NCBI GenBank assembly: GCA_026770705.1
Contig: JANJGN010000013.1
Span: 41,168,001 to 41,232,000, forward strand
Reading direction: 5' to 3'
Origin: Isurus oxyrinchus
Lineage: Eukaryota
Length of the DNA stretch: 64,000 nt
A program made the translations under genes and the position numbers. How positions within the stretch are numbered: the first letter of the stretch is position 1; each line of letters starts with the position of its first letter. The notes under the pieces were generated by a model, which saw nothing but the letters and a program-made list of their open reading frames with translations, had not been told where the DNA came from and ran no database searches. Of the stretch, positions 38,089 to 50,010 are shown in pieces.

Positions 38089-39299
38089 ATAAAATTTAAA
38101 TCCTTGTTTCCATTAATTTATTTATATCAAAAGATGCTGATACATTTGGATCTTGATGGTCTGATTTATAATTTATCTACCAATGAGGCAACAGTGCCAA
38201 GAACAATCCTTACAAACTTTCAGACTCAAAAAATTTAAAAAGGAAAAGTCAGTAAATTAGAAATGGAATCTGTTACAACCTCTGTGGAGACTGTTAACTT
38301 TTTAAAAAACAAGTTTGAACATCCAGTTAATAGCTGAAAGGATGACACACGATTTCAGGTTTTAAGGCTTTTACTGCAACAAAAGACTGAAACCACCCAT
38401 GACTAAACACTATCTCTAGAGGCAACTTATACATTAAACCAAAAAAAATTCCTCTTTTTCTTTTAGTACAACTGAAAACACATTTCACAGATAAACATTA
38501 TATCGTCCTTTATTAGACATTCAATTCTTCCAGAACCAGTCTCAGATGATTTTTAGCTCCCAAGGGTTTATTTCTGTTATTTTCCTTTCTCAGCCTGGGA
38601 ACTTTTAATCTCAGAACTGTCTTTTACAGTGAAGTTTTTCCCCAGGAGATTCTTCCTCTAGCGCAAGCCAGGCATGCCTCTCAGCCTTGTTTCAGCTCCT
38701 GATGAATTTGGTCTTTCAATCCAAGAATGAGCTCCAAATTACATTCCTGCATGGTGAGGCACAGCATCTTGCTGACTTTGGCTGCTCTCCCTGACCTGGA
38801 CTGTGGTAAATTAACCTTGCCTTTGAGTTTTCAGGGATATCTTAGATTCTTCCCCTCCCAAACCTCATCTCCATGGCAATGTGAATCACATGGGCCTTGT
38901 ATCCCTGATTTCACAATATAACCCAGCATTCTGCTACTTTGTTTATTGTTAAGTCATACTATTTAAATATGTTGAGCCATGAGTCAACATGTCACTTTTA
39001 AATGTCCCCTTCCCTTTAGCCAGTTAGTATTCCACATCCAGTTTCCTTTTATTACCAGCTGACCTTTAATTTAATGGAATTTCCTGTGCAATACTTCTGG
39101 AGGTCAAAGCATACTCAGAATATGGCTTCCTCCTGTCAATTAGCAATGTAATTTCTTCAAAAGTCTATGAAATTGGGAAAGCAAGATTTGTTCCTTCTAA
39201 AGTTGTGTTGGCTGTCAATTATTAGATTATTCTCATAAAGATAATTTACCATTTTTTTACCGATTATTCATTCCACTGGCCTTCTGATTACTGAACACG

Positions 39300-39770
39300 G
39301 GGATGGCTCCTGGGGTGTGGAAATTCTGTTACGAAAATAGTTTGGAGAAGTTAGGACTGTTTTCCTTAGAGAAGAGAAGGCTGAGAAAAGATTTGATAGC
39401 AGTATTAAAAATCACGAGGGACCTGGAAAGAGTAGATAGGAAGAAACTATTCCCACTCATGAAAGGATCAACAAAGAGATGGCACAGATTTAAAGCAATT
39501 AGCAAAAGAAGCAAAAGGGACATGAAGAGAAACTTATTTATGCAGTGAGTGGTTAGGGTCTGGAAAGCACTACCTGAGACTGTGGTGGAAGCAGGTTCAA
39601 TTGAAGCATTTAAAAGTGAATTAGTCTGTGATCTGAAAAGGAAGAATATGCAGGGTTGCTGGAGAAGGCGGGGGAATGGTAATAGGTCAGTTGCTCATTT
39701 GGAGAGTCGGTGCAGACACGATGGGCCAAATGGCCTCCTTCTGCGCTGTAACAATTCTGTGATTCTGTGA
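39300..39770 (+). mobile_element. CR1 LINE 3' fragment (ATTCTGTG-tailed subfamily)
   Basis: Encodes YENSLEKLGLFSLEKRRLRKDLIAVLKI...VVRVWKALPETVVEA (CR1 ORF2 C-terminus) and ends in ATTCTGTGATTCTGTGA, the classic CR1 octamer tail. Confidence 0.85.
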
Positions 39771-39878
39771 ACTCAAACCTAATGTACCAATAATTGCACA
39801 GTATGGCTTTTTTTACTCTTCATGTACTTGGCAACTACACTTGCCTATTTCCACTCTAATCCATAATGCCCTTTTGGT

Positions 39879-40112
39879 TAGGTCAGTTGGCTAGATAGCT
39901 AGCGAGTGGTTCAGAATTACACCAACAGTGCAGGTTTGATTCCCAGCTCAGCTCAGGTAGACTTGAGACCTGCCTCCTTGCCCTGCCCCTGAGAGTGGAA
40001 GGCAAACCACTCAGTGACAAAAGCTGTCAAGAAAATGGCTCAGGATGAAGCATCAACAGACAAAGAGCCAAGGGCCTGCCTTTGGGCAGAGTACACATGA
40101 ATGAATGAATGA
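39879..40112 (+). mobile_element. tRNA-derived SINE with (ATGA)4 tail
   Basis: A-box-like TAGGTCAGTTGG 39879-39890, B-box-like GGTTTGATTCC 39933-39943, terminal (ATGA)4 at 40097-40112. Confidence 0.6.
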
Positions 40113-40767
40113 ACAGACCAAAATGGCAACATAAAACCTCAACATGGAACTTGTGCACAAACAATTTCTTCAACAGAATAAATCACGGGATATTTTAAAA
40201 AACAGACTTTCCTCATTCCCATTATCATTAAATTGCCTCTTAATTTAGATTTTTGTTAATGCTGCCTTCATTTATAAAACTTAGCTGTAGCAATATATTA
40301 ATGAATTAGAAATCTGATATGATTAAAAAGAAAGAACAAGAGACCGTGTGGCAATATTTCCTTTCCATCTCTCTTTAACACACATGGACCCTTTGTGTTC
40401 CTTGCACCATTTACATCTATGTCCATCATCCACACTTTGTTTGCTTTTGTCTCCATCATGCTGTTTTCTTGATCTCATGCACAAGCTCTCACTTACACAC
40501 ACACAGGGTGGAATTTTCTCAGAATTTCACTAAGTTCGGTAGCGGGTGGGTAAAATGGATGAAAATGGTGGGTTTTCACGCTGTATCATCCCAAGCCCGC
40601 CTCATTATTTATTCACTCTCATGAAACACGCTGTTTCCATGGCGAGCGGGCTCTCATTCACCCACCCGCCATCACCTTGCTGTTGCATCATGTTGGCTGC
40701 CATCTTTAAAAGGCAGCCACCAGCAAAGTGCTCATCGGCACCAGTTCACCACCGCTGCCCCAGAGAC

Positions 40768-41400
40768 ATGGCTAGCAAAAGAAAAAAGACTGCAGCCCCC
40801 CAGCTTCAATGATGGATCCCTCAAGTGACTGCTGAATGCTGTGGAGGCCCACCGGGGTATGCTCTACCCGCTCTCTGGCAACAGGATGGGCAGCAAAGTC
40901 ACCAGCCTAGCTTGGGAGGTGGTGGCAGTGGTGGTCAGTGCAAACACTCTGCAGAGGAGGACAGCCACCCAGTGCCGCAAACGGATGAATGATCTCATCT
41001 GTTCCGCCAGGGTAAGTCACTCTTTTCATCACTCCCAACTCACACACTCACAAACCCATCACACATCCACAGAGCTCACACTCACTGTCAGTGCAAGGGA
41101 CATCACCATTCACTGTTTCACACACACCATCATTATCCTCATCCCATCCATGGGACAACTCACTACCCACACAGGCCAGGCATACTTATCATCTGGCCCA
41201 GCAGGCATCTTGATACACTCTCCCCATCTCTATCCATGCAGGACAAACTGGCTCACAACAGGAGGGAAAGGTGGCAGACAGGTGGAGGCCGAAGATCAAA
41301 GTTCTGACAGAATTCGAAAACAGAGCCATCCAGCTGGCCGGCGATGACTGGGACCGGTCCTGTGCTGGCAGTGAGGTCGGCGCTGCCCTACCAAGTGAGG
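40768..41400 (+). pseudogene. Harbinger Myb/SANT-like (trihelix) DNA-binding protein gene, disrupted
   Basis: MASKRKKTAAP..FND..L..LLNAVEAHRGMLYP...AWEVVA...RTATQCRKRMNDL; intron GTAAGT (41012) to CAG (41241); then DKLAHNRRERWQTGGG and LTEFENRAIQLAG. Frameshifts and an in-frame stop are present; the 3' end is not resolved (AATAAA at 42073). Confidence 0.75.
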
Positions 41401-42732
41401 ATCCAACAGGGAACATCAGGAAGGGATGTCCGCTGCACTCCTCAGATTGCAAGGCACGATGAGATGGAGGAGTCTGTCCATCTTCAGGCTGAGGTGATAG
41501 AGCCGGCATTGCATTGCACCTAGGTCAACACTAGCAGGACGGCGGCCTCCACGGATTCCTTGGTCCAGGATGTCACTCCTCTACTGCTGCATGGACTGAA
41601 CTCCATCGCTGATGCCATAGTTGGCTTCTAACAGTTTGTACGCAAGATGGGGATTGGGCAGCTTGTTCTCACTCATGGAGTCAGCCAGGGACCCTCAGAC
41701 ACCCATAGGGAGGAGGATAAGCAGGTGCACACTCTGGGGCCATCCATCCAGGTCACTCTGGGAGTGACCGGCCCATCTGAATTCCCTCTTCCTGTGACCT
41801 CTGCAGACCTCAGCTTCATAGGCCGAGGAGGGTGCCACTGCCACACAGCAGGACCCCGAAAGCAGGCCAGGGCCCACCAAGTCTCACCCTCCAGAGGATG
41901 CCCACCAAAGTCAACACAGACAGGACGTCACAGTCAGCATGCTGCCTCCACCTCTGCTGTGGATGTCCGGGGAGCACCAAGGCATAGTGGCAGGGTTCGG
42001 AAGTTTAGGTAAAAGTAATTGCACAGCCTGGCCATGGGTGTTGATCACTTGTACATACTGTTCACTATTGTCAATAAACTCCTAAGAATGTATCCCTGCC
42101 TATGGCTCCTTGTTCTGATGAGCAGTGTTCTTGTCACTCAGATGTGAAACCTTTCTGCACAAGATAAAAGGCAAGTGTTTCAATCCAGTGCCTCTTCCTT
42201 GTGCTCTGTGCAGCCTTCAGACCACAGTGATGGTCCAGCCTCACAATCCCTGGAAACATTACTGATGCTTGCACCTCGGCGATGCTGGTCATTGCTGCCA
42301 GAATGTAGTGGGCAGGTGACACAGATTTCTCTCATTCTCTCTGTGAGCTCTCAGCACCTTTAAGGTGGGGCTGGTCCCCATCACACCGGCATCTGTGACC
42401 AGTGATGCTGTGCACCAGCTCCTCAAGGGCTGAGGTGCAGAAGGTAGACACAGCATCAGATGCGTCTAAAATTTCATGGCTGAGTCTCTGAGATGGCCCT
42501 GATCACAGAGCGCAAGCGAGTTGCCCTTGACCAGCCAGGAGTCAGACATTCTCAGAGGCTATGTGAAGATCTATGGAGTGTCCTCACTGGATGTTGCCAT
42601 CATCCTCCTGTGATCGAGTGACTATTAGGGGCTCCATTGCATCTCTGTGACAGGAGCATTCTCACAGAGGGTATTGGTGCTGCCATTAGCCAGGCTGGAG
42701 TCAAACGTTCATAACTGCAATATGGGGACACT

Positions 42733-43947
42733 TCACTGCATGTCATCATCATCCTCCACAAAACTGGCAGCTATAAGGGCCTCCTGAGTGCGCCTGCCTC
42801 ATCTAGCCAGTGTGAGAGCCTCATCCCCTTTATCATCACCACTGAGGACCCCCTCACCCTTATCCCCATCAGCACCTTCCTCATCCGAGGAGACCTCCAG
42901 CTCCTCCATCTCTTCCTCAGCTAGCTCGCCACCCCATTGGAGTGCCAGGTTGCAAAGGGCGTGGCAGACAATGATGATGCTTGACACTCTCTGCGGGCTG
43001 GTCCAGGTATCGGAACCACATCTTCAGCATCCCGATGTTCTGCTCCACCAAGATGTGAACTGCTGCATGAGCCTCATTATAGCGTCGCTCTGCTGCAGTC
43101 TGAGGCCGCCACATGGGTGTCATCAGCCATGGCCTCTGTGGGTAGCCCATGTCCCCAAGGAGCCAACCCAGCAGTCTCTGTGGTCCCTGGAACACTGCAG
43201 GGATCTGCGACTGACACAGGATGTAGGTATCGTGCACACTCCCTGGAAACCATGCGCATACCTGCAGGATTCATTTCTGGTGGTCGCACACCAGCTGCAC
43301 ATTCAGTGAGTGGTTGATGTAGTCCACTGAGTATTGCGATGGAGACCTAAGCGCCACATGGGTGCAGGCAATCACACCCTGTGCCTTGGGAATCCTGAAA
43401 TCAGGGCAAATCCAATGGCCCTTGCATCTTGGCTGTCCCGGTCCCGGGCGAAATGCACAAAATTGTGTGCCATGGAGAAGATGGCATCCGTGATCTCACA
43501 GATGCAGTTCTGGGTAGCAGATTGTGAAATCCCACAGAGGTCACCTGTGGGGCCCTGAAAGGAGCCACTGGTAGAGAAATTGAGCGTCACGGTCACGTTC
43601 ACAACCACTGGCAGTTGATGCCCTTCATGTCCCCTTGGCGCCAAGTCTTGCAGTAAGTGGCAGATGTGAGCTGCCAGGTCTCTAGACATGCGCAGTCATC
43701 GGCAACACTGGTTCTCAGTCATCTGCAGGTTTGGCAGGTGGTGTCTATAGACCCTGGGTATCGCTAGGTGCCGACCAGCCACAGCTCTCTGTCGCTTCTG
43801 GGCAGCATGTGTGGGAACTCCTGCTGCCCCTTCTCCATGAGGTTGCTGCTCCTACCTATGCACAGCCAGGAACCTCAGTCACTTTCTCCCCAGTCTTGTA
43901 CAGTCTCTGTAGACCATCAGGCATACAGCTAGGTCACCAGGATTCAT
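42733..43947 (-). pseudogene. Harbinger (HARBI1-like) DDE transposase, disrupted
   Basis: Segments LNFSTSGSFQGPTGDLCGISQS, GFP..GVIACTHVALR, HSLNVQLVCD, HDTYIL, GWLLGDMGYPQRPWLMTP, YNEAH...VEQNIGMLK.WFRYLD and an acidic tail, in several frames with stops. Confidence 0.9.
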
Positions 43948-43992
43948 GATCCTGATGTGGTCCTCCTGCAGCATGAAAGTGGGAGAGAGATA

Positions 43993-44277
43993 ACTATTAG
44001 AGCCCCTACTGCATCTCCATGACAGGAGGGTATTGGCGCTGCCGTTAGCCAGGCTGGTGTCAAACGTTCATAACTGCGATATGGAGACACTTCACTGCAT
44101 GTCATCATCATCCTCCACAAATCTGGCAGCTATGAGGGCCTCCCGAGTGTGCCTGCCTCATCTAACCAGTGTGAGAGCCTCATCCCCTTTATCATCACCA
44201 CTGAGGACCCTCTCACCCTTATCCCCATCAGCACCTTCCTCTTCCGAGGAGACCTCCAGCTCCTCCATCTCTTCCTC
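43993..44277 (+). repeat. Direct duplicate of 42621-42918 (transposase 3' end) inside the Harbinger element
   Basis: Near-identical ~285-bp block apart from a 13-nt indel (42657-42669) and scattered substitutions. Confidence 0.9.
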
Positions 44278-44888
44278 CTTATCTTGGCTGTACTTAGCAC
44301 CTTTCCTGGCCCAGTGTGACCGCCCCTTAATCCTTCCCAGAGAGTGCTGGTCACCCCTTGGGTGGCCAGAGATGAGCACACTGCATGACTGCCCTGTCAA
44401 TCTGTGACATGGTGGACACTGGTCCAAACCGGGATGCTGAGATTGCAAGGGGCTGTGAGTGCCTCCAGCAATGACTGCTACATGGCCAGCATTGGCAAGG
44501 AGGTTGTACAATGTCTGCAGTCCAACTGCTCCGTAGTCCAATAAATGGTCTCGAATTCTGTGCTGGATGGGGGGGTGGGTGCTGGAAGGGGGGGTAAGGT
44601 ATGAAGCGTTTGGTGGCCCTTTGGTGCCTCCACATTGCTTGCATGGGTGGGCAGGCTAGGAGCCCGACCCCAATCATATTACTGTGGCTGTGCCTGATCT
44701 ATCTCAGCTGCAGAGGCATGTTCAGTTTATACAGGTGTCCCTACTGCATGGCCACTTCCCTCAGTTACCCTGAATCCTACTTCAATTGTCTGTGCGTGGG
44801 ATGCAGCGCCAGGGCAGCACTTGACCTCCCCGGACCGACAACAGTTGCTTTTGAGGCTGGCCAGTACTTTCTCCCTGCACCTGCTAAC

Positions 44889-44903
44889 CTCCCCCCCCCA
44901 CCG

Positions 44904-44943
<40 letters not shown>
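44889..44943 (+). repeat. Poly-C tract (C40 at 44904-44943) inside the Harbinger element
   Basis: Read directly; lies between GGC/GTTGGCCAG(T/C)ACTT tandem units at ~44854, ~44969 and ~45027. Confidence 0.85.
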
Positions 44944-47900
44944 ACCTCCTCTCAGCAGTTGCCTACAAGGCTGGCCAGCACTTGCTCCTGCACATCCCCC
45001 ACCACCACCCCGGCAGTCGCCTCTGAGGTTGGCCAGCACTTGCCCCACCCCCTGGCACCCCAGAGGCCTGTAACCAACAGGCGAGTTCTGGAGAACGCCG
45101 TTGCTTCCTCACCTCAGTTCTCCCAAAGTGAAGGCCGCCAAGTGCATGTTGTCTGCGCGCTGTTGTGAAACGCATTGGCGTGCTTTCCCTCCAACACAGA
45201 TGGACGATACGGCGGGGTTCCAAGAGCCTAGCAGGATGGCCTTTTAGTTATATGCTGATGTATTACAATTGGCTCCCCACTGACTGATGGCAGGAAATGA
45301 GGGCAGCCATCGTCGGGCTGAGTGGGCGATCACGACCTGCCTTCACACTGTCATGAAACAGGTCCCGCCATATTTTCTGTGCATGCCACCTATCATGGAA
45401 AATTCTGCCCATACTTTCTCCACCTCTTTCAAATGTGAGAAAATAATTCAGTTGGTAGGCTATAATAGAAGTGATTTTTTTGTGGCAAAACGGGTAATAT
45501 TTTCCTTCATAGAGATGTGAAGAGTTGGCAAGTGCTCTGAAAGACTTAACAGTTTTTATAAGTATTTGAAGTTGATGTGGATAGAATGTTTGTTTTGTTC
45601 CTTTCTAAACTTGTAATCTATCTCACTAACTGGGATAGATGTCAATCCTACAGCTCCATATTTCTCCCACTTCCTCAGTCTCCAATAATTCCCATTCTGT
45701 TTATGCGCATGAAATTCTGACTAAGCCTTCATCGTTGGCCGTCTGTTGGGAGGTCTCCCTCAACTGCCTCATCCTCTGTTGAGTGTCATATTCAAACGAC
45801 TGTTCTGTCAATCTTTAATGTAGCTGCCTCCCATCTTATCTGTAGAAGTTGTTCCTGCTTTATCCTCCAATTCCTCCAATTCACATTGAAAATATCCCCC
45901 CTACCTCCAAGAAATCAACACTTTTCATGCTACTTAGAAACTTTTCCTTCCCTAACTGAGAAAATTCTGTCCTCCTCTTCGAGAAAATTAATCATCCTGC
46001 CCTCCAAAAAAACTCTCCTCCCCACTTCATCCCATTTGTCAACTTATTCTTTGGGAGTGTACATATCTGCGTGTTAGTGTAGTTAGTTCCATACTTATTA
46101 AAATATTGAGCTAATTGTTGTGTGGGGTAAAATTTTTTTTGCATTCTTATCCATGCTTGCAATCTGTTCATTTACTGTGATAGGTTTTCATGGTATAATT
46201 TCAGGCATCTCTACCACAAGACAACAGTTAGGAATGACACTCAACTCAGGAAATGGGTAAAAGGGAGTTGAACATTAATCACGCAGTGGACTTGATCACA
46301 GGGTGGAGGACAACTGTTCAGGTGGGAAATTGGAAGGATGGGGGAGGATGGCTCGTACTAAAAACAGGTACAGGTCCTGACTCTTTTACAGTATCATAAA
46401 TTTCCAGCTTTTCCTTAGGAAATTTCATTACATGCACAGTAATATATTAGAGAAGGTAACTTATGGTAACACAGCTTGCTTAACAAACTACAGATATTTG
46501 AACCATGTTCTCTTAACTTTACTGAGTAGGTCCAAATGGTGGAAAAGAGTAACATGTATGTTATATACAATTGGGACTGATTCTGTGAGCATGTTCTCTT
46601 TGGTTTTACATTTATTTCTTATTTTTTTGCCTAGACCAAAAATGAAGCAAAAAGATGCAGCAGTGAGAAATTAGATCTGTTATGTAAATGACAGATGATA
46701 TCCAGTAGTCAAAAAGTATTGTATGTTGGTCAAGAATATGTACCTTTGCTTTATAGTTGGATTGAATTGACAGAAGGAGATTTAGAAAAAGAACTGGTAG
46801 TAATCATGGAATTATTCCTTTCAAATTCCAGACAATGTTGGTAAAACAATTAAAAAGTTTAAAAAGTCCTGGGATTATGTATATAGACAGGACTGTAGAA
46901 CAGGCCCAATGTATATAATAATTCTGCAACACAAAGAATAAATATAGCCACTTGCATGGTTTTCTCAATATATTGCTTTAATGTTTCACAGAATAAGTTG
47001 ATATTTTGTAAAAAAAAATACCTCATATTCATTCTAACAGTATTTGTTACATTTAACTTGCAATATTGTACCTGTGCTACTCAACTGCAATATTTCCTAT
47101 CATAAATCTTTGGTATGGTCAACTCTTTTTAGTATCTACTGTTTCATTGTTATACTGTGATGATTTTAAATCAAACCTTGCCAGGATAAAGCAACTTTAA
47201 GCTTATTGTTTTTAGCACCTCAAATGACATTATATGATCTTGGGCTCACGCTATAACTCTCTGTGATATACGACAACATCTGATGTGACATACGCTAACT
47301 ACGATTCCCACACTAATAAGAAAATTATGTCAAACATCATTTGCATTCCATCCCTTGCTATAAAGTTTTTCTAACATGGGTTTCAAAATGTTACAAGTGC
47401 TCCAAAGAAGGTTCTCTGCACTATTCATGCATATTGCACAAAGTTATCTCTTGAGTTGTCAGACTTGAGTCACCAAACTAAATAGTAAAATGGAACAGAA
47501 GGAATACAGATGGCACCTTAAATATATGACCAGGGTACACAATGTTTAATGCCCACTTTGCTCTATGATTGTGACTGATAGTTTCATGGCACAGTAATAA
47601 CTCATGATAAAAACATTAAATAGAGAATAATGGATACCTGGGAGTGAGTTAGAGGGCTATAATGTAATTGAGGGGTTCAGGTGGCATCATCAACCACCTT
47701 TAAACTCCTTGACTAATGAGTTGAACTCATTCACATGGATTTGTTAGTTTTTAAACATGTGCTCTTGTATGGATACATAGGATATTTTCTATAGTTTCAA
47801 CATCTTTTCAATCAGCAGCTACATGTCCTTGATAAGATCACGATGTTCACAAAAGGCTTGAAAAATCATTACAGCAAGCTTATAATCTGTGGTTGATTGC

Positions 47901-48149
47901 AAGGGACCTCTGTACCCAGTACATATTATGAAAGCAATAATGTACTGACCTTCGCAGTGCATTACGTAGTGGGCTGATATTGGGATGGTAGGTGCCCAAT
48001 GTATTGAAATTCATTGTACAGAGGCTCCCTGCATTATCACAAATATAGGCTTGAGATCCACCATAATCTTTAATGTGTTCAGTGTTCTTCATACAAAGTT
48101 CCTGGCCTCGTTAAACATCTTCAAATCAGGAACTCTTGACATAACAGGA

Positions 48150-48282
48150 CTGAAAGTTTGTTCGGCAATGATATTAAGGGATGCGGAACCAAGGCGGATA
48201 GATGGAGTTAAGACACAGATCATCCATGATAAAATTGAATGGTGCAGAAGGTTTGAGGGGCTGAATTGTCTAATCCTGTTGG
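48150..48282 (+). mobile_element. Short degenerate CR1-clade 3' tail
   Basis: ATTAAGGGAT...GATGGAGTTAAGACACAGATCATCCATGAT...GAATGG...GAGGGGCTGAATTG, matching the 3' ends at 31.2 and 63.1 kb. Confidence 0.6.
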
Positions 48283-49239
48283 CTGAAAGAGCCATTTTTT
48301 TCAATAGTTTATTTTTAGCCTTGCATAACCAGATTTGGAAAGAAGTCCCCAGTTTACAAAGAAAAAGCACAACAAAAAAAGCCATTATATTTCATTAATC
48401 AGGAACCATTCACTGACTGCTGGTGCTCCAACTGCATCACATGCTGTGCGCTGGGGGCATCAGAAAATTATTTAAATGAGCTAACCTTGCATTATAATGT
48501 CACATCAGCTCATTCATGGGAAGACGCATGGAGCAGCTGTACAGTGTCAGCTCCAGTGGCACTGCAAGGGGCTGATATCAACAGCTCCAATATGTTTCCA
48601 GTTTAAAGTGAATCTTACAGTAGAACAAATTGAATATTCCACCTTCCACAAGGGGCCAGATAATTAAGCAGTTAAGCTACAGATCAGGGCCATCCTGGAT
48701 TTTGTTTCCCATTCTTTTAGAATTGGTTAATCTCAGTGGGGCACCATAATTGGCCTCAGCGTTGGAAGTGCAAGGGTGTCGACATTGGGTTGGGACATGG
48801 TCAGACTTTGACTGTTTTCATCTCCTCCTTGACACCTGCAATCAAAAAGCCTGCTGACAATTGCTGTCTGGGCTCACATATAGAATAGGGAGTCCTCGGA
48901 ACTGTAATCTAGCAATGAGTTAATGTCTTTAGGAGAGGAGGGAAAACTGGAGGAAAACAAGACTGTCAAAATGAACTGTACCTCACATTTGCTCATGAAG
49001 TCTTCACACTCATTTACCCTCCAACTGTCCCAATAGTTTTCCTTTCCTAATCCTCCTTTCCTGAAGGTAGTGATTTGTGATGGGTTATAGCCCAATGAGG
49101 AGTGGAAGATTGCTGGTACTCTTGGCTGTTCACTACTGACAACAAGTGACACAATTCTTGAGTCAATGGAAATTGGAGGTTGCAATTTTCACATTCAGGG
49201 AATAGTGTTCTGTAATTATTTGCCTTCATCTCTAACTAG

Positions 49240-49830
49240 CCACTGCTAAACACTCATTCATCTCTTCATTGTCTCAAGGTTCAATTTCTTCAACAATTCT
49301 CTTACTGTCCTTCTGAGTTCCAGCCTACTCAACCACCAACTCACTCAGAACTTTGAAATTTGCATGCAATCCCTCTTACCTATAATTCTTCTCTTTCCTG
49401 GCCTTAGTTGGCTCCCCATTCTCCAAAGAACCCATTTCAAAATTCATTTCCTCATTTAAACCCCCCTGTGTACTTCCTCCAACATATCTTTTGCTGCTTT
49501 CTTTATTCTTCCATTACAATTTGTATCTTCCACTCATCTGAGTTTGGATTACTGTGCCTTTCCCTGTCATTCTCTCCTAACTTTACTGACATCCAGAATC
49601 AAGCCATAATGGTGGAATACTCTACAATTCTCTTCCAAAACATATTCATCTTGCTTCATTGCTCACAACCTTCAAAAACCTTCTCACAAGCCATTTTTTC
49701 AACCTTGCCTTAAGTAATCTCCCCTAAATCTTCTCCCAATTACCCCTCAGCATTTAAAATTTTCCTTCCCCATCTTGTGAAGTGCCTTGGCCATTTTAAA
49801 GGCACTGTATAAAGTATAAATTATTGTTTG
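49240..49830 (+). mobile_element. Old L2-clade LINE 3' fragment
   Basis: Degenerate LIH.F..SR...N motif at ~49252 and an L2-like terminus TGTGAAGTGCCTTGG...TAAAGGCACTGTATAAA. Confidence 0.55.
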
Positions 49831-49914
49831 CATTGCCACATTTGCCTGTGGTAAATTGCTGGGTTTTTTTTTCACTCTTTTCACTTACTTTACATGAGGC
49901 CCAAACAAAAGCTC

Positions 49915-50010
49915 ATGACTACACTTCAAAAGTACTTCATTGATTGTAAAGCACTTTGAGACATCCGGTTGTCATGAATGGCACTATATTAAAGCAAGTC
50001 TTTTTTTTCT
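49915..50010 (+). mobile_element. SINE 3' tail (L2-like) fragment
   Basis: TGACTACACTTCAAAAGTACTTCATTGATTGTAAAGCACTTTGAGACATCC...GGCACTATATTAAAGCAAGTCTTT, related to 33575-33705. Confidence 0.6.

Larger units (their letters stand above)
40506..45410. mobile_element. PIF/Harbinger DNA transposon, full-length but decayed
   Basis: 13-bp TIRs GGGTGGAATTTTC (40506-40518) and GAAAATTCTGCCC (45398-45410), both explicable as CpG decay of GGGCGGAATTTTC; imperfect 3-bp TSD ACA/ATA; convergent Myb-like and DDE transposase genes. Confidence 0.85.

Noticed and set aside
38271-39170. Possible solo LTRs starting TGTTA (also 54240-55060)
   Set aside because: They have repeat-like texture, but I could not identify a matching ...CA end, TSD, PBS or PPT.
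42733-43947. Domesticated HARBI1 (or NAIF1 for the Myb gene)
   Set aside because: Multiple stops and frameshifts, a mutated catalytic motif and enclosing TIRs indicate a dead transposon.
44601-45168. Poly-Pro and poly-Gly ORFs
   Set aside because: Translations of the C40 homopolymer inside the transposon.
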